Below, piece after piece: positions 26,332 to 34,925 of a stretch of DNA of 43,543 nucleotides (its first letter is position 1; every line of letters begins with the position of its first letter). Made by a program: the position numbers and the translations under genes. This DNA is from a virus. Lineage: Duplodnaviria > Caudoviricetes. Location of the stretch: IMG/VR virus record IMGVR_UViG_3300020044_003057, positions 1 to 43,543 of that record; one strand, written 5' to 3'. Below the pieces are notes generated by a model. It had not been told where the DNA came from, made no database searches, and was given only the letters and a program-made list of their open reading frames with translations.

Positions 26332-27369
26332 ATGTCTATTAGGTATAAAGGTTCTGTTTTATCTTCTACAGCGCAGACAATTTCTGTTTCTAGCGCAAAA
26401 GGTATTTGGAAAAAAGCTACTGTTTTACAAGCTAAAAAAGCTGGAACATGGCCTTCTCTATACACGCCCATAGACATGACGTATTTGGTTGTGGCTGGTG
26501 GCGGCGCAGGTGGTTCTTATTACTACGGCGGTGGCGGCGGTGGCGGCGGGGTGCTATCCAATTTTTCTACTACACCGTTTTCAATTCCGGCAGGGTCAGG
26601 AGCCTATGCGGTTATTGTTGGTGCAGGCGGGGCGGGTAGTATTGGTACCCCCACCAGTGGTAACACTTCGTCACTTATTGGTACAGGCTTATCTGTATCA
26701 GCCACAGGCGGTGGTCGCGGCGGTGCGGCTATCTCTGCCAACCCGGGCCCATTAACAGGCGGCTCTGGAGGCGGTAGCGGCTCACAAAGCGGCGCTAATG
26801 GAGCCGCAGGAACTAGCGGACAAGGTAATGCTGGTGGCAATGGCGGCACTACCGCAGGATATGGTGGAGGTGGTGGAGGCGCTTTAGCTTCTGGGTATAG
26901 TGGTCAAGGTACAACAAGCCCTAATACGGGTGTTGGTGGTTTAGGGACTTATTTCGTTAATTTTATATCTACAGCACTTGCTACAAGTGCTGGTGTAGGC
27001 TACCTAGGAACAGGTATTTACTTAAACAATGTGTTGTGGGCTGGCGGCGGGGGCGGCGGTAGGGATGGTAATTTGGGGTCAGGAGGGGCAGTTGCCGTAG
27101 GCGGACAAGGTGGTGGTGGAAGTGGCGCTACCTACACACTGGGGGTAAACGCTACTTCGGGTCAAGATTACACTGGTGGTGGTGGCGGTGGCGCTTGCCA
27201 TAGCGGAATTAGTACAGCCAATGCGACTAGCGGTAACGGCGGCAAAGGCGTGGTCATTATTAAGTACGCTGGAACATCAGCCCGAGCCACTGGCGGCGAC
27301 ATAATAGATATTAGCGGTGGGTATGTTACCCACATATTCAAAAACAGCGGGTCGTTTACACCGATATAA
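26332..27369 (+). CDS. Glycine-rich tail/receptor-binding protein 2 (paralog)
   Basis: YLVVAGGG...GGKGVVIIKY...THIFKNSGSF; N-term similar to 25165. Confidence 0.8.
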   Translation: MSIRYKGSVLSSTAQTISVSSAKGIWKKATVLQAKKAGTWPSLYTPIDMTYLVVAGGGAGGSYYYGGGGGGGGVLSNFSTTPFSIPAGSGAYAVIVGAGGAGSIGTPTSGNTSSLIGTGLSVSATGGGRGGAAISANPGPLTGGSGGGSGSQSGANGAAGTSGQGNAGGNGGTTAGYGGGGGGALASGYSGQGTTSPNTGVGGLGTYFVNFISTALATSAGVGYLGTGIYLNNVLWAGGGGGGRDGNLGSGGAVAVGGQGGGGSGATYTLGVNATSGQDYTGGGGGGACHSGISTANATSGNGGKGVVIIKYAGTSARATGGDIIDISGGYVTHIFKNSGSFTPI

Positions 27370-27373
27370 ACAT

Positions 27374-27730
27374 ATGGCACATTTTGCAGAAATTGATGAG
27401 AACAATATTGTTACACGAGTAATTGTGGGTGTGGATGAGCCTCTTGATGGCGAGGCTATCTATGCAGAAACAACGGGCACAGTCTGGAAAAAGACCAGCT
27501 ACAACACAGTGGCAGGGCAGCACGTGCTGGGCGGCACACCATTTCGTAAGAATTACGCTGGAATTGGGTACACTTACGACCCAGACAGGGATGCGTTTAT
27601 CCCACCGCAACCATTTGCAAGCTGGGTATTAGATGAACAAACCTGCCAATGGAATCCGCCAGTAGCAGCTCCTAATGACGGTAGGCAATATTATTGGCAT
27701 GAGCAGACAAGCCAATGGGTTATGGCCTAA
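27374..27730 (+). CDS. Conserved fibre-associated protein (MAHFAEIDENN...RKNYAGIGYTYD)
   Basis: Recognisable family that follows Gly-rich genes in aquatic phages; start at ATG 27374. Confidence 0.85.
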   Translation: MAHFAEIDENNIVTRVIVGVDEPLDGEAIYAETTGTVWKKTSYNTVAGQHVLGGTPFRKNYAGIGYTYDPDRDAFIPPQPFASWVLDEQTCQWNPPVAAPNDGRQYYWHEQTSQWVMA

Positions 27731-27751
27731 TTAATAACGTAAAGGCAAATC

Positions 27752-28123
27752 ATGGATTCAAAATTAATAGGCCGGTTGATTGCGGTGCTTTTCCTGAGCC
27801 GGGAGATTGCCCATCGTGAACACCTACGCACAAAAAGCTTTTCGCAGCATATGGCACTCAATACGTTCTATGACGAAGTCATTGGTATTGCAGACAGCAT
27901 TGCCGAGGCATATCAGGGTAGGCACGGAATCATTGAGAGCATTCCCATGCTAGATAACCCCATGACCAAGGACATAGCTGACATACTAGAAGAGCAGCTT
28001 GCCTTAGTAGAAAAACTGCGGTACAGTGCCGTGGACAAGACTGAAACCGCAATCCAGAATTTGATTGACGAAGCAGTTGCTCTGTACTTAAGCACTTTGT
28101 ACAAACTGCGTAACCTGTCGTAA
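27752..28123 (+). CDS. Ferritin/Dps-like four-helix protein (DUF5856-like)
   Basis: AHREHL.T.SFSQHMAL..FYD...D..AEAYQG...STLYKL. Confidence 0.7.
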   Translation: MDSKLIGRLIAVLFLSREIAHREHLRTKSFSQHMALNTFYDEVIGIADSIAEAYQGRHGIIESIPMLDNPMTKDIADILEEQLALVEKLRYSAVDKTETAIQNLIDEAVALYLSTLYKLRNLS

Positions 28124-28135
28124 TAAGAGGCCACT

Positions 28136-29470
28136 ATGCCAGCTAAATTTACAAATAATGCTTCAGCCCCATTGGCGGCTAGCATTAATACCACTTCCGC
28201 TAGTATCACAGTAACGACTGGTTATGGTGCTTTGTTTCCCAGCTTAGCCGCTGGTGAGTACTTCTACGCTACGCTAACCAATTCGAGCAACGCAATTGAG
28301 ATCGTAAAAGCTACAGCACGTTCAGGCGATACTTTGACCGTTACACGTGCGCAAGAGGGTACAACTGCGCTTTCGTGGGCTGCCGCAGATAAGATTGAAC
28401 TGCGTATCACTGCTGCTGATCTTGCCAATTTCCCTCAGCTTGATGCTGGCAACACATTTACTGGCAACAATACTTTTTCAGGTACGGGTACTTTCTCAGG
28501 CCCAAATAATTTTTCAGGTACAAATACTTTCTCAGGTACAAGTACTTTCTCAGGTACAAGTACTTTCTCGGGAGCCGTAGCGCTTCCTGCTGCACCTACT
28601 TTTGGCGGTGGGGTACTCGGCGTACTTTACGGTGGTACAGGGGTAAGCACAGCAGCGGCATTGGCGACGGTACTTGGTAACCTTTTGTTCCCTGTCGGTT
28701 CAATTTATACCAACGCCTCTAGCGCTACTAACCCTGCAACCTTGCTTGGTTTTGGTACTTGGACTGCATTTGGCACGGGAAAAATTCTACTTGGTAATGG
28801 CGTAGGCGACACGATTACAGTTGGCTCCACGATAAATGCGGTTGTTACAGGTTCTATTTCGGCTACTACCCTTACGGTAACCGCAGTCACATCAGGTTCT
28901 TTAGCTGTAGGCTCGTTCATCACTGGCACAGGTATTACTGTCGGAACGTATATCACAGCGTTAGGTACTGGTACGGGTGGTGCAGGCACATACACAGTAA
29001 ATACATCTCAGACTGTTGCGTCTACTACGATTAGCGGACAACCTGTAGGTAACCTTGCAGTAGGTTACAAGTACACCATTGTTTCCGTTGGCACAACAGA
29101 TTTCACTGCGTTTGGCGCATCAGCAAACACAGTTGGGGTAGTATTTACAGCAACAGGCACTGGTACAGGTACTGGAACGGCAAGTAAAACATTTGTTGCT
29201 GGTGATACGAATGGTAGTGCTGATGCTATTACCCCGTACCACAGGCATACAAATACGCTCACAGACCCAAGCCATTCTCACTCTTACACAACTCCGCTTG
29301 GCCCCTACACCTTATCAGGAGGCGGCGGAACTGGTTCTAATCCCGGAACTACGGGGGGAGCTTATACCGGCATCACAATAACCAATGCTTATACGGGCAC
29401 ACCGGGTAATGCTACAAATGCCAATATGCAGCCATACGTCGTTGTATACATGTGGCAGCGCACGGCGTAA
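28136..29470 (+). CDS. Short fibre / T4 gp10-C-like virion protein
   Basis: VTRAQEGT N-term; xxFSG repeats; FPVGSIY...NP..LGFGTW; HxH motifs; [16 protein letters not shown]-term. Confidence 0.8.
   Translation: MPAKFTNNASAPLAASINTTSASITVTTGYGALFPSLAAGEYFYATLTNSSNAIEIVKATARSGDTLTVTRAQEGTTALSWAAADKIELRITAADLANFPQLDAGNTFTGNNTFSGTGTFSGPNNFSGTNTFSGTSTFSGTSTFSGAVALPAAPTFGGGVLGVLYGGTGVSTAAALATVLGNLLFPVGSIYTNASSATNPATLLGFGTWTAFGTGKILLGNGVGDTITVGSTINAVVTGSISATTLTVTAVTSGSLAVGSFITGTGITVGTYITALGTGTGGAGTYTVNTSQTVASTTISGQPVGNLAVGYKYTIVSVGTTDFTAFGASANTVGVVFTATGTGTGTGTASKTFVAGDTNGSADAITPYHRHTNTLTDPSHSHSYTTPLGPYTLSGGGGTGSNPGTTGGAYTGITITNAYTGTPGNATNANMQPYVVVYMWQRTA
28451..28573 (+). repeat. 18-bp (6-aa, xxTFSG) tandem repeat, about 7 units
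   Basis: TACTTTCTCAGGTACAAG-like units. Confidence 0.85.
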
Positions 29471-29479
29471 AAATGATGT

Positions 29480-29617
29480 ATGCGCCTGCTTGTACTTGTT
29501 CTAGGGCTTACAGTTCCGCAGGCTCCAGTCAAGTACATATGCGTCAAATGGTATTGGGTAGGCGACGTATTTGATCGTAAGGTTTACTGTTTGAAATGGG
29601 AAAAGGTGGGTAAATGA
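29480..29617 (+). CDS. Small Cys/Trp-containing peptide (MRLLVLVLGL...YICVKWYWVGDVFDRKVYCLKWEK; not in ORF track)
   Basis: 45 codons; stop overlaps the next ATG; hydrophobic N-term. Confidence 0.65.
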   Translation: MRLLVLVLGLTVPQAPVKYICVKWYWVGDVFDRKVYCLKWEKVGK

Positions 29618-30084
29618 TTGACCCGATCACTGCATTTGCCGCCGCCCAAGCTGCTGTTAAAGGAGTCAAAGCAGCGATTGCTTTAGGTAAGGATATACAG
29701 GCCGTATCCGGCGACTTGATGAAGTTCTTTGAGGCTAAGGACGTTGTCCAGAAGGCAGCTTCCAAGCCCAAGTCGAGCTTTGCAAAGTCAGATACTGCGG
29801 CTGCATTTGAGATTGTGATGCAGGCCAAACAGCTTGCAGACGCCGAGAGGGAACTGAACAATTACTTTGTCATGTCGGGTAATGCTGACCTCTGGCAGCA
29901 ACTGCTGGTGGAGCGTAACAACATCATTCAGCAACGCAAAACGCAGGAAATATTGGACGAGAAAAATGCCAGAGTCAAGAAAGAAGAAATGGAAGACTTG
30001 CTTACTTGGCTGATGGGAGGGGCATTGGTTATCTTGCTGCTGGCAATGTGTTTTTGGTGGTTCACACTTTTGATGGAGAAATAG
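29614..30084 (+). CDS. Membrane protein with C-terminal TM (lysis-region hypothetical)
   Basis: MIDPITAFAAAQAAV N-term, coiled coil, TM helix. Confidence 0.75.
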   Translation: MIDPITAFAAAQAAVKGVKAAIALGKDIQAVSGDLMKFFEAKDVVQKAASKPKSSFAKSDTAAAFEIVMQAKQLADAERELNNYFVMSGNADLWQQLLVERNNIIQQRKTQEILDEKNARVKKEEMEDLLTWLMGGALVILLLAMCFWWFTLLMEK

Positions 30085-30085
30085 T

Positions 30086-30361
30086 ATGTTTGACGTTACA
30101 GCCATAAGTCCCGACGATAAAACTGCCAAGCATTTCATTTATTATTTTGCTTGGTTCTGGTCAGTAACCTCGGTTATTTACTTCTTCTGCGTGACGTTTA
30201 TCCATCTGCCGGAAGGTGGTAGGGACTTCGCCAATATCATTTTGGGCTTTCTGTTGGGCACAGCCGTTGCCACCATCATTTCGTTCTTTTATGGGTCGAG
30301 CAAGTCGAGCAAAGATAAAACTGATGCCATGATGAAAGTCGATGATGTTAAGCCTGTTTAA
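30086..30361 (+). CDS. Putative holin (2 TM)
   Basis: Two hydrophobic helices, FFYGSS, charged C-tail; next to spanin and endolysin. Confidence 0.7.
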   Translation: MFDVTAISPDDKTAKHFIYYFAWFWSVTSVIYFFCVTFIHLPEGGRDFANIILGFLLGTAVATIISFFYGSSKSSKDKTDAMMKVDDVKPV

Positions 30362-30815
30362 CCCTTGGGTAATCCTTGGCATCGTGTTGACGGTGCTAAG
30401 TAGCTTTAGTGCGGGGTATTACAGTGGTAAACAAAACGAGTATGCGCGCCAGCAAATTGAAATTGCTAGTTTAAATCAGCAAGCACGAGAAACAGAACAG
30501 CGTATGGTTGAGGTCGCCCAGACGTACGCTGAAACTTTAAGGAAATCCAACGATGTTGCAAAAGCTAAAGAAACTAAGCTGCGTACTGATATTGCCACTG
30601 GTGAGCGCAAGCTGTTCATTCCTATCCAAGCCCCCACCTGCCCAGTACATACCCCCGCAGATACCACCGTTGCCAGTGGAAATACAGAAACAAGAGCCGA
30701 GCTTGACTCAGGAATTGCTCAAGCTCTTGTCGATCTCGTCAGCCGAGGAGATCAAGCCATCCGCAACCTTAACGCCTGCATCGACCAGTACGAAAAAATG
30801 AGGAGTTGTAAATGA
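30342..30815 (+). CDS. Rz-like inner-membrane spanin
   Basis: N-terminal TM, coiled coil, GD.AI..LNACIDQY C-term. Confidence 0.85.
   Translation: MMLSLFNPWVILGIVLTVLSSFSAGYYSGKQNEYARQQIEIASLNQQARETEQRMVEVAQTYAETLRKSNDVAKAKETKLRTDIATGERKLFIPIQAPTCPVHTPADTTVASGNTETRAELDSGIAQALVDLVSRGDQAIRNLNACIDQYEKMRSCK
30553..30801 (+). CDS. Rz1-like outer-membrane lipoprotein spanin embedded in Rz (+1 frame)
   Basis: Basic N-term, hydrophobic stretch, VSAS-C lipobox-like site, Pro-rich mature part; AAGGA upstream. Confidence 0.7.
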   Translation: MLQKLKKLSCVLILPLVSASCSFLSKPPPAQYIPPQIPPLPVEIQKQEPSLTQELLKLLSISSAEEIKPSATLTPASTSTKK

Positions 30816-31240
30816 ACTTGACGCCTAACTTCACGTTGGAAGAGCTAACCGTAACCGACCACCGAGAATTTAAAAATGAACCTAACCCTGCTGAAACAGA
30901 AAATCTCAAGCGCTTGGCTGGCCTTTTGGAGCAAGTTAAAGTCGCTATCGGTGGCAAGCCGGTCATGGTTAACTCAGCGTTTCGGAGTAAACAAGTAAAT
31001 GATGCAGTGGGCAGTAAAGACACTTCTCAGCATCGGGTCGGTTGTGCTGCTGACATTCGTGTACCCGGCATGGCCCCCGACGCTGTTGTAAAAGCAGTGA
31101 TAGCTGCTAAACTACCCTTTGACCAGTTAATCCGTGAGTTTGACCGCTGGACGCACATTAGCGTGCCCAATGACCCTAAGGGTAAACCCCGAGGCCAGAC
31201 GCTAATTATTGACAAAGCAGGGACTCGCCCTTACGCTTAA
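30812..31240 (+). CDS. Endolysin, peptidase M15A-like
   Basis: NSAFRS..VN.AVG...SQH..GCAADI...FDQLI.E...WTHIS. Confidence 0.9.
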   Translation: MNLTPNFTLEELTVTDHREFKNEPNPAETENLKRLAGLLEQVKVAIGGKPVMVNSAFRSKQVNDAVGSKDTSQHRVGCAADIRVPGMAPDAVVKAVIAAKLPFDQLIREFDRWTHISVPNDPKGKPRGQTLIIDKAGTRPYA

Positions 31241-31296
31241 AGTACCATGCCGATTACTGGCGTAAAATAAAATTTTCAACCAACCGGAGATTACTT

Positions 31297-31536
31297 ATGG
31301 CAATGACTTTTGACCAGTTCATGGAAGCATCAGGCGCAGAGTTTGTAGCAGGCAACATCATTCATGGCGTCATGGGTGATCGAAAGTTCCTTGGCACTTA
31401 TGATGGTGTATTCCAACTTAATGAAGCTGGACAGGCCATGCTAGAGGAATTGGAAGCTGCTGAAGGTACAAGCACCCCACGCCGTGGACGCCCCAAGGCT
31501 GAGAAACCGGCTGAAGTAGACGCAGCTTCTACGTAA
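31297..31536 (+). CDS. Hypothetical protein with C-terminal RRGRPK motif
   Basis: 79 aa; GGAG RBS. Confidence 0.75.
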   Translation: MAMTFDQFMEASGAEFVAGNIIHGVMGDRKFLGTYDGVFQLNEAGQAMLEELEAAEGTSTPRRGRPKAEKPAEVDAAST

Positions 31537-31554
31537 TAAGACTCAGGGGGCGCT

Positions 31555-33393
31555 ATGTCGCACATCACACTGGAACAGTTTTCTGGCATCGCCCCCCGCA
31601 TTGGGCCAACTGAGCTTGGCCCCAATCAAGCCCAAACAGCGGTAAACGTAAAGCTTCAGTCGGGCGAAATCCGCCCATGGCGTAAACCCACAGCCGTTTA
31701 TACGCTTGGGCAGTCCGGCGTTACGACTATTTTCAAGCTGGAAAACACTACCCTTGGCGAGTTCCGGTGGCTGGAATTTACTGCTGATATAGACATAGTC
31801 CCCGGCCCTGTAGCTGATACGACTGATTTTCGAATTTACTATACCGGCGACGGGGTTCCGAAGAAGACTAACTGGGCTGCTGCAACTACTTCAGGCACAG
31901 GTACTAAGCCGTTCCCTGATGCTACATACCCATTAGGTGTACCTACCCCAACAGTTGCGCCGACGCTTACAAAGACTGGTGGCTCTGGGACTGTTCATGA
32001 AGATCGTGTATATGTGTATACATACATAAACACATTCGGGTCAGTACTTGAAGAATCTGCACCTAGCCCACCGACCACTATATCAACTGTTGAGCCTAAT
32101 GCAACGGTTACAGTCAGTGCGTTCGGTACTGCACCAACAAGTTCTGCTGGGTACAACGTTACGGCTATTCGCGTATACCGGGCTGTAGGCGGCACATCTG
32201 CTGTTAACTACTACTACCTCGGTCAAGTCACTGTAAACCCAGCTACTGGAGTAGCGACAGGTACATTTGCAGACACAGTGCTTTCTGCCAACCTCGGGGT
32301 AATCCTCACTTCGCTGTATTACACACCACCGCCTACCACGCTTAAGGGTCTGGTGGCTATGCCTAACGGCATCTTGGCTGGGTTTACCGCGAACCAAATT
32401 TGGTTCTGTGAGCCATACCTACCCCACGCTTGGCCTTCGATATACACACTAACGGTCAATGACCCTGTAGTGGGGTTAGGCGTATTCGGACAGTCCCTTG
32501 TTGTGTGTACAACTGGCAGGCCATACATTATTTCTGGCTCTACTCCGGGCGCAATGACACAGGAAAAGCTGCCTTTGTTTGAGCCTTGCTCGTCCAAAAA
32601 GTCTATTGCTAGTGACCAGTACGGGGTTGTGTACGCAAGCCCTAACGGAATCGTGTCCATCGGGCCGGGTAGCCAAGACGTAGTTACGCGGGGACTATTT
32701 ACCCGTGATGAGTGGAGTACGTACATTCCTACGTCTATGGTGGGCACTATCTACCAGAATATGTACATAGTCTCCTACGCAACAGCGGGGGGCGGAGCGT
32801 CCTTGGTCATTACCCGTCAGGATAGCCCACCTTTAGTCAATCTTGATTTTGCGACAACAGGTATTTATATCGACCGCAGCACAGCCATTGTTTACTACAT
32901 AAACTCAAACGACAACAAAATTTACTCGTTGGATACTGACCCGGTAAATAACTTGTTCTACGAGTGGAAGTCAAAGAAGTTTGTACTGCCAAACCCAACT
33001 AACTTTGCAGCCTTTAAATTGCAGGCTAATTGGAATTATATAGATGACGTAGCAGCAGCAAATGCAGTCGTTGCTGAAATTATCGCGGCAAACCAAGCCA
33101 TTTGGGCTGCTGGGGGTTCGCTTAAAAGCACTGTAAATTCAGTAGAACTAAATGGTATGTTGCTAAATGGAAGTACTTTAACCCCCATACCCGATGTTGC
33201 TGATGTTAGGAACGTCAACGTAATTGTTAATGCCGACAATGCACAACTGTACGGAAATGGTGTTCTTAACCAAGAGCCTGTCCGCTTGCCAGCTAGTAAC
33301 AAAAATTATGTGTATGAAATCAAACTGACCGGTAATGCGCCCATTCGGCAGTTCAAGATGGCTACTGGAATCGGTGAGTTGCGTCAGATATGA
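31555..33393 (+). CDS. Tail nozzle / tubular protein B-like (beta-propeller)
   Basis: F.GIAPR, FCEPYLPHAWP, VYASPNG, YEWKSK.F motifs; precedes ejection genes. Confidence 0.8.
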   Translation: MSHITLEQFSGIAPRIGPTELGPNQAQTAVNVKLQSGEIRPWRKPTAVYTLGQSGVTTIFKLENTTLGEFRWLEFTADIDIVPGPVADTTDFRIYYTGDGVPKKTNWAAATTSGTGTKPFPDATYPLGVPTPTVAPTLTKTGGSGTVHEDRVYVYTYINTFGSVLEESAPSPPTTISTVEPNATVTVSAFGTAPTSSAGYNVTAIRVYRAVGGTSAVNYYYLGQVTVNPATGVATGTFADTVLSANLGVILTSLYYTPPPTTLKGLVAMPNGILAGFTANQIWFCEPYLPHAWPSIYTLTVNDPVVGLGVFGQSLVVCTTGRPYIISGSTPGAMTQEKLPLFEPCSSKKSIASDQYGVVYASPNGIVSIGPGSQDVVTRGLFTRDEWSTYIPTSMVGTIYQNMYIVSYATAGGGASLVITRQDSPPLVNLDFATTGIYIDRSTAIVYYINSNDNKIYSLDTDPVNNLFYEWKSKKFVLPNPTNFAAFKLQANWNYIDDVAAANAVVAEIIAANQAIWAAGGSLKSTVNSVELNGMLLNGSTLTPIPDVADVRNVNVIVNADNAQLYGNGVLNQEPVRLPASNKNYVYEIKLTGNAPIRQFKMATGIGELRQI

Positions 33394-33593
33394 AAAAACC
33401 ATCTATCCCGGCTACTGGTAATCTCCCACCAGAAATAGCCCGAGTTATTGAGCCAATTAAGACCAACGTGGAAATAATGACCGGCGCTCGTCCGGGCTCT
33501 GTATCCCTGCAAGCACTTAACTCGGCTGCCACTTTGGAAGAGGCAGTTATCAAAATCAACCAAATACTTTCCAGAATCAATCAAAGCGGGTAA
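33390..33593 (+). CDS. Small virion protein (plug/needle-position gene)
   Basis: 67 aa; ATGA-coupled; helical C-term. Confidence 0.7.
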   Translation: MKKPSIPATGNLPPEIARVIEPIKTNVEIMTGARPGSVSLQALNSAATLEEAVIKINQILSRINQSG

Positions 33594-33604
33594 GATACAC
33601 GCCT

Positions 33605-34030
33605 ATGAAATCTGTGGTATACGGGCAGGACAAACGAGTACTTGGCTGGGTAGCAGACAGGACAAATGAAGGCAGCTTCGGCTCGGGTAGTATCGGGATA
33701 GGGCTAGAGGAAGACGGTGAACTGATTGCGGGTGTTGCGTTTAATATGTACACAGGAGCTTCAATTTCCATGCACGTTGCGGCTGTACCGGGTAAGCGCT
33801 GGATGACCAAGGACTTCCTGTGGCGTTCATTTGCATACCCGTTCATCCAACTTAAATGCAACCGTATCACTGGACTTGTACGTGAAGATAACCTAATTGC
33901 ACAACGGTTTGACGAACACTTAGGTTTTAGGCGAGAAGGGCTACTACGTGGCGCTTGCCTTGATGGTTCCAATATGGTTATTTACGGCATGTTGAAAGAT
34001 GAGTGCCGATTTCTGAGGATTAAAGTATGA
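33605..34030 (+). CDS. GNAT-fold protein in the morphogenesis module
   Basis: F.YPF.QL.C.RITG.V..DN..A.RF.EHLGF..EG.LR...D.VIYGML. Confidence 0.85.
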   Translation: MKSVVYGQDKRVLGWVADRTNEGSFGSGSIGIGLEEDGELIAGVAFNMYTGASISMHVAAVPGKRWMTKDFLWRSFAYPFIQLKCNRITGLVREDNLIAQRFDEHLGFRREGLLRGACLDGSNMVIYGMLKDECRFLRIKV

Positions 34031-34905
34031 GTAAAGGTAATACAGACGCCCCGGCAGCAGACCCGAATATTGGTCTTGCTCAAAAACAAATGGCTCAGCT
34101 AGCCACTGAGCAATGGAATACATTTAAGACTGATATTTATCCTGAACTTAAAAGGGCTACGGCTGCTCAAGAAACTAGGCTTCAAGGCGCTTACGAACAA
34201 GACCAGACAATTTCTAAAGAGCAGCAGGCTCGGGCAAAAGAAAACTACGACCTTTATAAGACTGAAGGTCTACCGCAATTACAAAAAATACGGGCTGAGG
34301 CTGAACAATACAACGAAGGCGCGTATCAAGAAGAGATGGCACTTCGTGCTGGTGCTGATGTAGCCACGGCTTCTGAGAACCAGCGTCTACAGATGGAGAT
34401 GCGCAATCAGCGGTACGGTATTGACCCAACTTCTGGAGTTGCCCAAGGGCAAAGTAACGCTAATGCAGTCATGACCGCCGCCGCACAAGCCCAAGCGCAG
34501 AACCAGACTCGCCAAGCGGCACGTGAAATCGGTCTGCAAAAACTAAGCAATGTGTACAACGCTTACGCAGGCTTCCCAGCACAGGGTAATGCTGCCACTG
34601 GACTCGCCCTTGGGGCAAATGCACAAGGTACTGCTGCCGGTCAAGCATCAGTGGGTAACGCTACTAACACATCGTCTACCTATAACGCTGGTGTTGGCTC
34701 AAATTCATCTGGCTGGAACTCAATTGGTCAGTTAGGTGTACAGAAGTATCAAGCTGATGTTGGTGCATTTAAAGCTCAAACAGAAGCTGAGTCTGCGGCT
34801 TCTGCCGGTCTTGGTAGCGCAATTGGTGCAATCGGTGGCGCATATCTTGGTTCTCCTGCTGGCGGCGCAGCAATTGGCAATTTGTTTAGCAAAAAAACAG
34901 CTTAA
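34027..34905 (+). CDS. DNA ejection (internal virion) protein
   Basis: Ala/Gln/Gly-rich, RYGIDPTSG, C-terminal GxxxG helix. Confidence 0.7.
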   Translation: MSKGNTDAPAADPNIGLAQKQMAQLATEQWNTFKTDIYPELKRATAAQETRLQGAYEQDQTISKEQQARAKENYDLYKTEGLPQLQKIRAEAEQYNEGAYQEEMALRAGADVATASENQRLQMEMRNQRYGIDPTSGVAQGQSNANAVMTAAAQAQAQNQTRQAAREIGLQKLSNVYNAYAGFPAQGNAATGLALGANAQGTAAGQASVGNATNTSSTYNAGVGSNSSGWNSIGQLGVQKYQADVGAFKAQTEAESAASAGLGSAIGAIGGAYLGSPAGGAAIGNLFSKKTA

Positions 34906-34925
34906 GTACGGAAAGGTACTGAATT

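Noticed and set aside
21047-29470. Diversity-generating retroelement or invertase-based tail switching
   Set aside because: No reverse transcriptase or recombinase in the window; repeats do not show adenine-specific mismatches or inverted crossover sites
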